Positions 28,596-37,731 of a DNA stretch of 64,000 nt are shown piece after piece. A program made the translations under genes and the position numbers. Every line of letters begins with the position of its first letter. Positions within the stretch are counted from its first letter, which is position 1. The notes under the pieces were generated by a model. It was not told where the DNA came from. It did no database searches and saw only the letters and a program-made list of their open reading frames with translations. The stretch is from Rubripirellula sp. (GTDB taxonomy: Bacteria; Planctomycetota; Planctomycetia; Pirellulales; Pirellulaceae): NCBI GenBank assembly GCA_965216875.1, contig OZ244207.1:6048001-6112000 (forward strand). The letters run 5' to 3'.

Positions 28596-31500
28596 ATGAG
28601 GGATCTACAGCGCGAGACAGTAAGCGAAGAAGAATGCCAAAGCGTTCTTCGTGACCAGCTTGATCAAATCCACCGCCAGACGGACCGCACATTTGCTTTC
28701 CTTTTGATGGCCCAATGGGCGTTCTGTATCGTTTGCGCGATCATGGTCGCGCCAAACGGCCACACTGCCACGGTGATCCCTCCGAAGGTCGCACTTGCCG
28801 CTGCGATGGGAATCGGTGGTCTGCTCACGGTGATTCCCTGTGCGATTGTGTTCCTTGCTCCCGGGCGAATGTTCACCCGTATGATCCTTGCGGTCGCGCA
28901 GGTGATGTTCTCGTCGCTGATCATTTACTTGACCGGCGGGCGCATCGAATCGCACTTTCACATTTTCGGTTCGCTTGCCTTCCTGGCGTTCTACCGTGAC
29001 CGTTGGGTTTTCCTGCCGCCGGTTCTGTTGGTCGCGCTCGACCACTTGGTTCGCGGACAACTCCTTTCCGGATCGCTGCTTGGAGCGAACTACACTGCGC
29101 CCTGGCAAGCACTGGAACTTGCTGGCTGGGTCATGTTCGAAGTGGCGTTCTTGTTGGTTGGTGTCGCGCAAAGCCGCAAACAACTCGCGGAAACCTCACG
29201 ACTACAATGCTCGCTCACGATGGAACGCGACCTTTTGGAACGCCGTGTTCTCGAACGGACGTGCGAAATCGAATCGTCACGGGACTTTTACCGAGCGATC
29301 AACGACTCACTGAACACTCACATCTGCATCCTGGATGTCGATGGCAAAATCATCGACACCAACGCATCGTGGAAAGAGTACGCCTACGAATGCGGAGCCG
29401 ATCTGGCCACCGCCGGAATCGGGGCAAGCTACCATGCGATGTGCCGAGACACCGCCGGAATCTTGGGCGACCAAGCGGAACCGCTTTCAGGAATCTTGCG
29501 GGACATCATTGCCGGCAAACGGAAGAGCTTTGTTGGTGAGTTCCCCTGTCATGGTAGCGATGAACCGCGCTGGTTCCTGATCCGTGCCTGCAGCATTCCG
29601 CGAGATCGAAACGGTGGTGCGGTTGTCGTGGCACACGTCGACGTGACTTCGCGTGTGCGAGCACTTGAAGAAGTGCAAAAACAGAAAAAGCAGGCCGACG
29701 TCTTAGCCTTGGTTGCTCAAAACACCGACGACTCGGTCGTCGTGACCGACGAAAACGCCTGCGTCGAATGGATCAATGCCGGCTTTACCCAACAAACCGG
29801 TCGAGGGCTCGACGAGGTCAAAGGCACCAAACTGACCGAACTCGGACGCGGGCCATTGACCGACCTGATGACGGTCCGCGAAATCCAACGCGCCATCGAC
29901 CACGAACATGGCTACGACGCCGAAATCGTCAACTACACCAAATCGGGTGAACGCTATTGGGCCAGCATCGAACTGCGGCCCATTCGAAACGCCGAAGGCA
30001 GGCTAACCCGTTTCATCTGTATCGAACGCGACATCACCGAGACCAAGAAGGCATCCAAGTCGCTACGACAAGCAAAGCTACAAGCCGAAGTCGTCGCCGA
30101 AGAACGCGACCGTCAACGATTGTTGCTCGAGAGCATTCTGTTGCAGATTCCGACCGCCGTGTATTGGAAGGACCGCCACGGACTCTACCTCGGTTGCAAC
30201 CAAGCGTTTGCGAGCTACGCAGGGCTCACATGCACTTCCGAAATCGTGGGTCTTTCCGATCAACAACTCCCCTGGACTCCCGATCAAGCGGAAGCACTTA
30301 GCACCGGCGATGCCGGAATCTTCCGCACCGGCCAAGGCCAAAGCAACGTCGAACGAGACATCACCGATGCTGCCGGCGTGACACACACCGTGCTGACGAG
30401 CAAGACGGCATTGATCAATGAAAACAACACGGTGATCGGACTGCTTGGAAGTTTCCATGACATTTCGGAGTTGAAGGCTGCTGAATCGTCAGCCGTGTCG
30501 TTGGGACATGCAATCCGCAAGTCACCCAACGAAGTCTTCATTGCAGATGCCAAGACCTTCGAATTCGTCGAAGTCAATCAAGCGGCTTGTGACGACCTTG
30601 GCTACACCCGTGAAGAGCTGTTCAAGATGTCGCCACTGGACATCATCACCGCATTCACACCGGAAGAATTCCAATCCAAAGTGGGACCGATCGCCGAAGG
30701 CGAGACCGATCGCATGTCCTTTGAAACGATCCATCGCCGCAAAGACGGAACGATCTATCCGGTCCACGCCAATCTCAATCGCGCTGTCTACATGGATCGC
30801 GATGTCGTGGTCGCCTTCGTGACGGACCTGACCGAACAGAAACAGCTCGAAGCGCAACTGGCCCAGGCACAAAAACTCGAATCCATCGGACAACTGGCCG
30901 CCGGAATCGCTCACGAAATCAACACGCCGATGCAGTGTGTCAGTGGCAATGTTGAGTTTCTGATGGAGTGCTACGGGCGTCTCTTTACGGTCGTCGACGC
31001 ACTTTGCGGGCAACTCTTTGGTCCAGACAAAGAGGACTGGAACTCGCGTCGCGAAGAGTTGATTCAGATCACCAAAGACAACCGCTACGAACACATCCGG
31101 CGTCAGGCACCGATCGCGATTGAAGAGGCAGCCCAAGCGACACGCCGCATTACAAGCATCGTTCGTGCGATGAAGACCATGTCGCATCCAGGATCGATGG
31201 ACAAAACCGACACAGACATCAACGAACTGGTGCAGAGTGTCGTGACGATCTCACGAGCCCGATGGAAGTACACCGCCGATCTCGAACTCGACTTGGGGGA
31301 GAACATTCCTATGTTGCCGCTGCTCGCCACCAGCGTCAGCCAGGTGTTCATCAACATGATCGTCAATGCTGCCGATGCGATCGCCGAGAAGCTTGGCGAG
31401 AAACCAAAAGAGCTGGGGCACATTTGCATCAAGACCGAGCATGTCGACAACGGCGTGAACTTCATCATCCACGACGACGGTATCGGAATGGATGAAGAGA

Positions 31501-31796
31501 CGCAGCGACGCATCTTCGACCCGTTCTTCACGACCAAAGAAGTTGGCAAAGGAACGGGACAAGGCATGTCGATTAGTTACGACGCCATCGTGATGAAACA
31601 CGGCGGTCAAATTGATGTGCAATCAACGCCCGGACAAGGCACACGTATGACCGTGTTCCTGCCATCGGAACCAACCACTGGCTACCTCGATTCAAACACT
31701 CACCACGCTTCCAAGTCGGAAGCCAACCACGATCAAGCTGCCATGCCGCTGATCGAACTGGATGCCCCTACAACACAGGCTCCAGCAAGCAACTAA
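28596..31796 (+). CDS. membrane-bound multi-PAS sensor histidine kinase
   Basis: TM sensor, four PAS-like domains, LAAGIAHEINTP H-box, NAADA, DDGIG, FDPFFTTKEVGKGTGQG; GGAGG RBS before ATG at 28596. Confidence 0.93.
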   Translation: MRDLQRETVSEEECQSVLRDQLDQIHRQTDRTFAFLLMAQWAFCIVCAIMVAPNGHTATVIPPKVALAAAMGIGGLLTVIPCAIVFLAPGRMFTRMILAVAQVMFSSLIIYLTGGRIESHFHIFGSLAFLAFYRDRWVFLPPVLLVALDHLVRGQLLSGSLLGANYTAPWQALELAGWVMFEVAFLLVGVAQSRKQLAETSRLQCSLTMERDLLERRVLERTCEIESSRDFYRAINDSLNTHICILDVDGKIIDTNASWKEYAYECGADLATAGIGASYHAMCRDTAGILGDQAEPLSGILRDIIAGKRKSFVGEFPCHGSDEPRWFLIRACSIPRDRNGGAVVVAHVDVTSRVRALEEVQKQKKQADVLALVAQNTDDSVVVTDENACVEWINAGFTQQTGRGLDEVKGTKLTELGRGPLTDLMTVREIQRAIDHEHGYDAEIVNYTKSGERYWASIELRPIRNAEGRLTRFICIERDITETKKASKSLRQAKLQAEVVAEERDRQRLLLESILLQIPTAVYWKDRHGLYLGCNQAFASYAGLTCTSEIVGLSDQQLPWTPDQAEALSTGDAGIFRTGQGQSNVERDITDAAGVTHTVLTSKTALINENNTVIGLLGSFHDISELKAAESSAVSLGHAIRKSPNEVFIADAKTFEFVEVNQAACDDLGYTREELFKMSPLDIITAFTPEEFQSKVGPIAEGETDRMSFETIHRRKDGTIYPVHANLNRAVYMDRDVVVAFVTDLTEQKQLEAQLAQAQKLESIGQLAAGIAHEINTPMQCVSGNVEFLMECYGRLFTVVDALCGQLFGPDKEDWNSRREELIQITKDNRYEHIRRQAPIAIEEAAQATRRITSIVRAMKTMSHPGSMDKTDTDINELVQSVVTISRARWKYTADLELDLGENIPMLPLLATSVSQVFINMIVNAADAIAEKLGEKPKELGHICIKTEHVDNGVNFIIHDDGIGMDEETQRRIFDPFFTTKEVGKGTGQGMSISYDAIVMKHGGQIDVQSTPGQGTRMTVFLPSEPTTGYLDSNTHHASKSEANHDQAAMPLIELDAPTTQAPASN

Positions 31797-31812
31797 ACGG
31801 GGACCCGACACG

Positions 31813-32961
31813 ATGACCGATCGCATTCTTTTCGTCGACGACGATCGAGCGCTACTCAATACGCTTGAACGCAACTTGGGATTCAGCTTCCCGATCACCA
31901 TCGCCGAATCGGGCCCCGAAGCGCTCGAGAAGATTCGAGACGGCGAGGGATTCGCCGTGGTCATGGTCGACATGCGAATGCCAGGCATGGACGGCATCGA
32001 AGTCATCCAGGAAGCACGCAAGATCGCGCCCGATACGGTCTACATGATGTTGACCGGAAATCAGGATCTCGAAAGTGCCACACGCGCTGTCAACGATGGT
32101 CGTATCTATCGGTTTTTGAACAAGCCGTGCGAGATGACCGAACTTAAGGCTGCCATCGATGCCGCGCGCAAACACTATGACCTGGTGATGTCTGAGAAAG
32201 AACTCTTGCACAATACTTTCGTCGGTTCGATCGGAGTGCTCACCGACATCATCGAAATGATGCAGTCCAACATGGCTGATTCGAATGCCATCAGTGCAAC
32301 CGTCTTAAAACTCGCCGATGCTCTCGATTTTGGTCCCAGTTGGGAACGGCAACTTGCCGCCAAGCTTTCCCTTGTTGGCTTGGCCATGCTTCCCGATTCA
32401 AAGACCGACACCCTTCGTTTCGCTCCCGCCCGGTCGCCTGAACACAAGGAAGTGTTTGGAGAAATGGCGGAAGTCGCTGCAAAGATGATCGATCGCATCC
32501 CGCGTCTTGGTGGCGTCGCCGAAATGCTACGCCTGCAAACCAAATGCGACGGCCGCGTTCAAGCGGGCGAAGAAACAACGCAAGCTTGCGCGACACTCTT
32601 GCGCGTCGCGTTCTATTGGGAATTGCTCGGCAAGAATGGTGTCCCCACTGCCAACGCTATCAACGAAATTCAACTCGCGCTTCCTGAACTTCCCAACCGA
32701 ATCACCGAGACCCTGGCTGAGATCAACGGCGGGGGAATCATCGACGAGGGGGTCGTCAGCATTGGCCCCGACGAACTTGACGAAGGCATGGTGCTTGTCG
32801 AAGACGTCATCACAGACAACGGCGCGTTGCTCGTCTCGCGCGGCCGACGGCTATCGCGTCCGATCATCGAAAAGCTACAGCAATACGCTTCGCAGCAGCA
32901 ATCGGATGTCACATTCCCGATCGCCGCACCATCGTGCCGCGTGGAAGCAGCGACCGCCTAG
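31813..32961 (+). CDS. response regulator with degenerate HD(-GYP)-like output domain
   Basis: ILFVDDD, DMRMPGMDG, LTG, FLNKP; LAAKLSLVG where HD-GYP proteins have LHDIG. Confidence 0.85.
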   Translation: MTDRILFVDDDRALLNTLERNLGFSFPITIAESGPEALEKIRDGEGFAVVMVDMRMPGMDGIEVIQEARKIAPDTVYMMLTGNQDLESATRAVNDGRIYRFLNKPCEMTELKAAIDAARKHYDLVMSEKELLHNTFVGSIGVLTDIIEMMQSNMADSNAISATVLKLADALDFGPSWERQLAAKLSLVGLAMLPDSKTDTLRFAPARSPEHKEVFGEMAEVAAKMIDRIPRLGGVAEMLRLQTKCDGRVQAGEETTQACATLLRVAFYWELLGKNGVPTANAINEIQLALPELPNRITETLAEINGGGIIDEGVVSIGPDELDEGMVLVEDVITDNGALLVSRGRRLSRPIIEKLQQYASQQQSDVTFPIAAPSCRVEAATA

Positions 32962-33230
32962 CCGCCGCTCCTACTTCTGATTCACACCTTCCCCCGAAGG
33001 TGATTCACGCAACACCGGGGGCGAAGCTTGCGCAGTGCGGCTGTCCAATTGCGTGAAAACCGGCGTTTTTGCAACCTATCGCGCACTCCGCGTGTTTCCG
33101 ATCTGTTGGCAATAATGCCCCTCTCGGCTCACGGCGTCGCATACAATGGGGCCTGAGTGGGTGGCCTTTCCCGCCTTTCCATCGCCGGCCACCTTTCTTT
33201 GAATCCTCTGAAGCATAGGAACCCTCCCTT

Positions 33231-34238
33231 ATGAACGGTCGATCGATCAACCGTCGCGCCTTCCTCGAAACCACCGCGGCAACGGCTGCAGCAGTCACAG
33301 CCAGTAACATCGTTGGACCGTCGGCCCTGGCCGCGGACGCAAAGTCAGTCACAGCCGAATCGCTTGTCGAACAACTTTACGGAACCCTTTCCGATCAACA
33401 GAAAAAGGGAATCTGTTTCGACTGGAACCACACAGACAAAAAACGCGGCTTGCTAAGAACGTTTGTCGCGAACAATTGGAACATCACCAAACACGAAATC
33501 AACGGCAAGTTCTATACCGACGACCAACGTGATTTGATTCAATCCATCTTCGAAGGCATCATCCATCCTGATTGGCACGACCGCTACTACCAACAACTCG
33601 AAGACGACGCCGGCGGATTTGGCAACGAGCAATCGATCGCGATCTTCGGCCAACCTGGCGATGGCAAGTTTGAATTGGTCATCACCGGACGACACATGAC
33701 GCTGCGGTGCGATGGCAATTCGGCCGACCATGTCGCACTTGGCGGGCCAATCTTTTACGGGCACGCGCCTGAATTTAACGAAGGCCCCAAGCACACCGAC
33801 AACGTCTTTTGGGATCAAGCGATCGCAGCGAACAACTTGTACAAAATGCTCGATGGCAAACAACAGAAGCAGGCCGAGGTCGGCCGCACACCGCGTGAGC
33901 AAGCGGTCGCCTTCAAAGGCAAGAGCGGTAAGATCACCGGGTTGCCCGTTACGGAGATGTCATCGGACCAACGCGGGGAACTGCAAAAGGTTCTCGGCAC
34001 CTTGACCGAAATGTACCGTCAGAGCGATCAAGACGAACTATCGCAGTGCCTCAAGACTCAAGGTGGCCTCGACGCCTGCAAGCTATCGTTCTACACCGAT
34101 CACGACCTCGGCAAAGATCGCGTCTGGGATAACTGGCGACTGGAAGGCCCGTCGTTCGTTTGGCACTACCGCGGTGCACCCCACGTGCACGTTTGGGTCA
34201 ACGTCGCCGACTCAGCCGACGTCAAAACAAACAGCTAG
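33231..34238 (+). CDS. Tat-exported DUF3500 family protein
   Basis: NRRAFLE Tat motif; IAIFGQP, GRH.TL, WRLEGPSFVW, PHVHVW. Confidence 0.8.
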   Translation: MNGRSINRRAFLETTAATAAAVTASNIVGPSALAADAKSVTAESLVEQLYGTLSDQQKKGICFDWNHTDKKRGLLRTFVANNWNITKHEINGKFYTDDQRDLIQSIFEGIIHPDWHDRYYQQLEDDAGGFGNEQSIAIFGQPGDGKFELVITGRHMTLRCDGNSADHVALGGPIFYGHAPEFNEGPKHTDNVFWDQAIAANNLYKMLDGKQQKQAEVGRTPREQAVAFKGKSGKITGLPVTEMSSDQRGELQKVLGTLTEMYRQSDQDELSQCLKTQGGLDACKLSFYTDHDLGKDRVWDNWRLEGPSFVWHYRGAPHVHVWVNVADSADVKTNS

Positions 34239-34241
34239 CCG

Positions 34242-34408
34242 GTAGGCCGGATCCCACCTCGTCCCCACGCTCTGCGTGGGAACGCACTCTTCGGACGCTC
34301 CGCGTCCCGGGCCACATAAACCGTTTGCGCCCGACGCTAGCGCGTTCGGCTCACAGGTGTTGGCCCGGGTAGGCCGGATCAAGGAGCGACAGCGACGCTG
34401 ATCCGGCA
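34242..34408. repeat. nested REP cluster: truncated family A (34242-34253), CCCACGCTCTGCGTGGG/GGACGCTCCGCGTCC element (34259-34307), family B (34329-34353), full family A (34369-34408)
   Basis: direct comparison with other copies; internal palindromes. Confidence 0.85.
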
Positions 34409-34477
34409 ATCCGCAGCCGTCGAAAGAGTGTGATCGCCAATCCTCGGAAGAAAATCTCCGAGATTCTGGACCGCATT

Positions 34478-34507
34478 GCGTGACAAATCGCTCAAGGCTC
34501 TGTCTTT
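34478..34507 (+). promoter_or_regulatory. putative ECF-dependent promoter (GCGTGACA-N17-TCTTT)
   Basis: same motif and spacing at 42043-42072 (-); lies 48 nt upstream of the ECF gene. Confidence 0.55.
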
Positions 34508-34555
34508 AACGATAAGGTCCTTTTGCACATGTCCATGTGATCCATTCTCTCGCCA

Positions 34556-35188
34556 ATGGCTGGGAACACTCCGTCTCAAGCCGATGAATTGATAGGCGCC
34601 GCTCAAGATGGGAACTTGAGCGCGCTGGGGTCATTGTTCGCGCTCTACCAGAACTACATCAAACTCTTAGCTACCACTCAGGTCCGACCCCAGCTGAGAT
34701 TGCGCGCGAGCGCATCGGATGTGGTTCAAGAGACGTTTCTTTACGCGCATCGAGGTTTCAATGAGTTCCGTGGATCGTCTGCCCGTGAATTCGTCGCTTG
34801 GCTGAAGGCCATTCTCTCGCGCCGCATCCAAAACCTGCACCAACAACACCTCGATGCAAAGCGACGCGACGTGCGGCGCGAGGTCTCGTTGGACGCGATC
34901 GGTCATCAACTCAATCGATCAACGATCCGCTTGGAAAATGTGCTCGTTGATCGAGGCCCCAAGCCTGATTCCCAAGCTCAGCATGAAGAACGGACCATCC
35001 ACATCGCAAACGCGCTGGCGGAAATCCCCAAAGACTACCGCGATGTGTTGATGCTTCGTTGCATCGATGGGCTTCCTTTCGCCGAGGTCGCCCAGCACCT
35101 CGATCGATCACCCGGCGCCGCTCGAATGCTCTTCCTGCGCGGTATCAAGGACCTGAGAGATCGGCTAAATGCCAAAGGGCAGCTATGA
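34556..35188 (+). CDS. ECF sigma-70 factor, planctomycete kinase-associated type
   Basis: SASDVVQETF, FVAWLKAI, AKRRDVRREV, YRDVLMLR..GLPFAEVA. Confidence 0.92.
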   Translation: MAGNTPSQADELIGAAQDGNLSALGSLFALYQNYIKLLATTQVRPQLRLRASASDVVQETFLYAHRGFNEFRGSSAREFVAWLKAILSRRIQNLHQQHLDAKRRDVRREVSLDAIGHQLNRSTIRLENVLVDRGPKPDSQAQHEERTIHIANALAEIPKDYRDVLMLRCIDGLPFAEVAQHLDRSPGAARMLFLRGIKDLRDRLNAKGQL

Positions 35189-37731
35189 ATCGTTCATCGG
35201 CCGTTCTGGAGTCCCTTGGCAATTTAGATCGAGCATTGCTGGACGTCCTGGAATCGTATTTGGAACTCCGATCTCAAGGGCCCGTCGATCGCGCATCATT
35301 CTTGAGCCAGCATGAATCACTTGCCGAGGAACTCGAGCCGCTACTTGCGAGCATGGATGCGCTCGAAGCACTCGGCCCTCATCGATCCTCGGGCGAGAGG
35401 GAGACTCGTGACGATTCGATCCAAATCGGTTGGGAAGACCTGACTTGCCAAACGATCGGTGACTATCAGATCGTGCGTGAGGTGGGACGCGGCGGCATGG
35501 GAGTCGTCTACGAGGCGCGGCAGATTTCACTCGATCGTGTTGTTGCCTTGAAGGTACTTCCGCTAAGCATCGTGCTCGATGAGACGCGCATTGCACGTTT
35601 TCTTGTCGAGGCTCAGGCCGCGGCTCAACTTCAACACCCAAACATTGTGCCGATCTATTCGATCGGTTGCGAAGACGGACTGCATTGCTACAGCATGCTA
35701 TTCATCGATGGCGTCTCTCTTGACCGGTACCGAGAAACGTTTGGCGAACTGGATCAGCGGCAGTGTGTTGAATGGATGATTCAAGCCGCGCGCGGGTTGG
35801 ATCATGCCCATCAACGGGGTGTGATTCATCGGGATGTCAAACCATCGAACATGATGATCGATGAGGAAGGCAAGATTTGGGTGACCGATTTTGGATTGGC
35901 CCGATGTCGTGATGACTCGAGCTTGACGAAAAGCGGCGCGATTGTCGGAACGCTCCGGTACATGAGCCCCGAGCAGGCATCCGGAAGACCACATTTGGTC
36001 GACCATCGCAGCGACATCTATTCGCTCGGCCTCACGCTCTACGAGCTGGTCACTGGAAAAGCCGCGTTTCCTGATGATCCGGGACATGCACCTCCGCGGT
36101 ACGGCCTCACCGAACCGATCGCCCCGCGCCGCGTGGATGCGGCCGTGCCAATCGATCTTGAAACGATTCTCCTCAAGTCGATTGCAACCGAAGCGTCTCA
36201 GCGATACGACACCGCTGCGGACTTTGCGGAAGACCTAGCACGGTTTCTCGCCGGTAAACCGATCATGGCAGCGAGACCATCAGCCCTTGATCGTCTGTCG
36301 AAGTGGACGTCCCGACATCGACGCTCGGTAGCCGCCGGACTCGGTATCTTGCTGATCGCATTCATCGCTTCCCTTGCAACGACTGCTCTATTCATCCACA
36401 AGCAAGGTGAATTGCGGGCAGCGATCGCGAGCAAGAACGCGCAAGAAGCAATAGCGCAGGAGAACTTTCGACGAACACGCGAGGTTCTGGATCACTTCGG
36501 TCTCTTGGTCGCGGAAAAGCTGGCGGACGTCCCAGGTGCCGCACCAATCCGCAAACAGATGGTTCGCGATCTCCTCGAATACTACGAACAATTTGTGGTC
36601 TCGGCCAACGACGCCCCGGGCCTCCGCGAAGAGCTCGCGCAAACTCATTTTCGCGCCGGACGCATTGTTGAAACTTTGGGTGGAACAGAACAAGCACTCA
36701 AAGCCTATCACCGCGCCCAATCGCTCTATCAACAACTCGCTTCTGATCCGTCGACCGCGAGTGATGAGATCGACCTTCGACTTGCGCTGTGCCACAACAA
36801 CATCGGGATGCTCGATGCCGAAGCGGGTCATGCTGAAGCTGCCGAGCATGAATACCGGACCGCAATCAAATTGCTCGCCGCAATCGATCAGCCCGCGTCG
36901 CAAGTCCGTCGCGAGTTGGCCGGCGTCTATGGAAACCTCGGTCTACTTTTTTCAGCCAAGGACGAGATTTCGCTCGCTGCAAGAGCGCTGGAAACTTCGT
37001 TTGATCTGCTGATCGACGGCACGCCATCGCAACATAACACTCATTGGCGTCTCGAAGCGGCAATGACGCTTAACAACCTCGGTTACCTCTACCAGGATTC
37101 CGATGTCGATCGCGCGCTTGGGTACAACGATCGGGCAATTGAGACTTTGCGCCAGCTAGCCAGGGAATCCGAAACCGAGACCGTGCTTCACCCGCTTGCG
37201 ACAAGCCTGAACAACCGTGCGTCGCTGTTAGCAAAGCAAGATCGAATGCAGGAATCGCTCAACGCCTACCGCGAGGCGCTCGAGTTCTATCAAGGGATGG
37301 TGGAAGAGTCGCCCTACATGTGGCGGTTCCTCGAAGAGCTTGCGATCACCTACAACAACTTAGGCAGGCTTCTCACGCGAATGCACCATCTTCGGGATGC
37401 AACCGATGCATTCGACCGTTCGGAAAAGTTGCTGACGGAACTCTGCCGCAACGCACCCCAGCGACCTCGCTATTTCGCGAGCCTTGGCGGCGTCCTCAAC
37501 AACCAAGCGCGCGTTTCGATGCAAGGTGGTCGCATCGAATTAGCCATCGCCCAATACCAAGACTCTCTCGCTCGCCAGCAAGAACTTCAAGAGATGACAC
37601 CCGACACCGAGTCCTTCGAAGCGATGTTGATCACCACGTACGAAAACTATGAATCAGCACTTCGGCAATCCGGCCGCAAAGCAGAAGCGGAAAGGATCCG
37701 GACCATCCGACACAAGCAGCAAGCCCAATGA
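35185..37731 (+). CDS. Hanks-type Ser/Thr kinase with TM and C-terminal TPR repeats
   Basis: GRGGMGVVY, VALK, HRDVKPSN, DFGLA, YMSPEQ; NNLG TPR repeats; ATGA overlap with the sigma gene. Confidence 0.93.
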   Translation: MNRSSAVLESLGNLDRALLDVLESYLELRSQGPVDRASFLSQHESLAEELEPLLASMDALEALGPHRSSGERETRDDSIQIGWEDLTCQTIGDYQIVREVGRGGMGVVYEARQISLDRVVALKVLPLSIVLDETRIARFLVEAQAAAQLQHPNIVPIYSIGCEDGLHCYSMLFIDGVSLDRYRETFGELDQRQCVEWMIQAARGLDHAHQRGVIHRDVKPSNMMIDEEGKIWVTDFGLARCRDDSSLTKSGAIVGTLRYMSPEQASGRPHLVDHRSDIYSLGLTLYELVTGKAAFPDDPGHAPPRYGLTEPIAPRRVDAAVPIDLETILLKSIATEASQRYDTAADFAEDLARFLAGKPIMAARPSALDRLSKWTSRHRRSVAAGLGILLIAFIASLATTALFIHKQGELRAAIASKNAQEAIAQENFRRTREVLDHFGLLVAEKLADVPGAAPIRKQMVRDLLEYYEQFVVSANDAPGLREELAQTHFRAGRIVETLGGTEQALKAYHRAQSLYQQLASDPSTASDEIDLRLALCHNNIGMLDAEAGHAEAAEHEYRTAIKLLAAIDQPASQVRRELAGVYGNLGLLFSAKDEISLAARALETSFDLLIDGTPSQHNTHWRLEAAMTLNNLGYLYQDSDVDRALGYNDRAIETLRQLARESETETVLHPLATSLNNRASLLAKQDRMQESLNAYREALEFYQGMVEESPYMWRFLEELAITYNNLGRLLTRMHHLRDATDAFDRSEKLLTELCRNAPQRPRYFASLGGVLNNQARVSMQGGRIELAIAQYQDSLARQQELQEMTPDTESFEAMLITTYENYESALRQSGRKAEAERIRTIRHKQQAQ

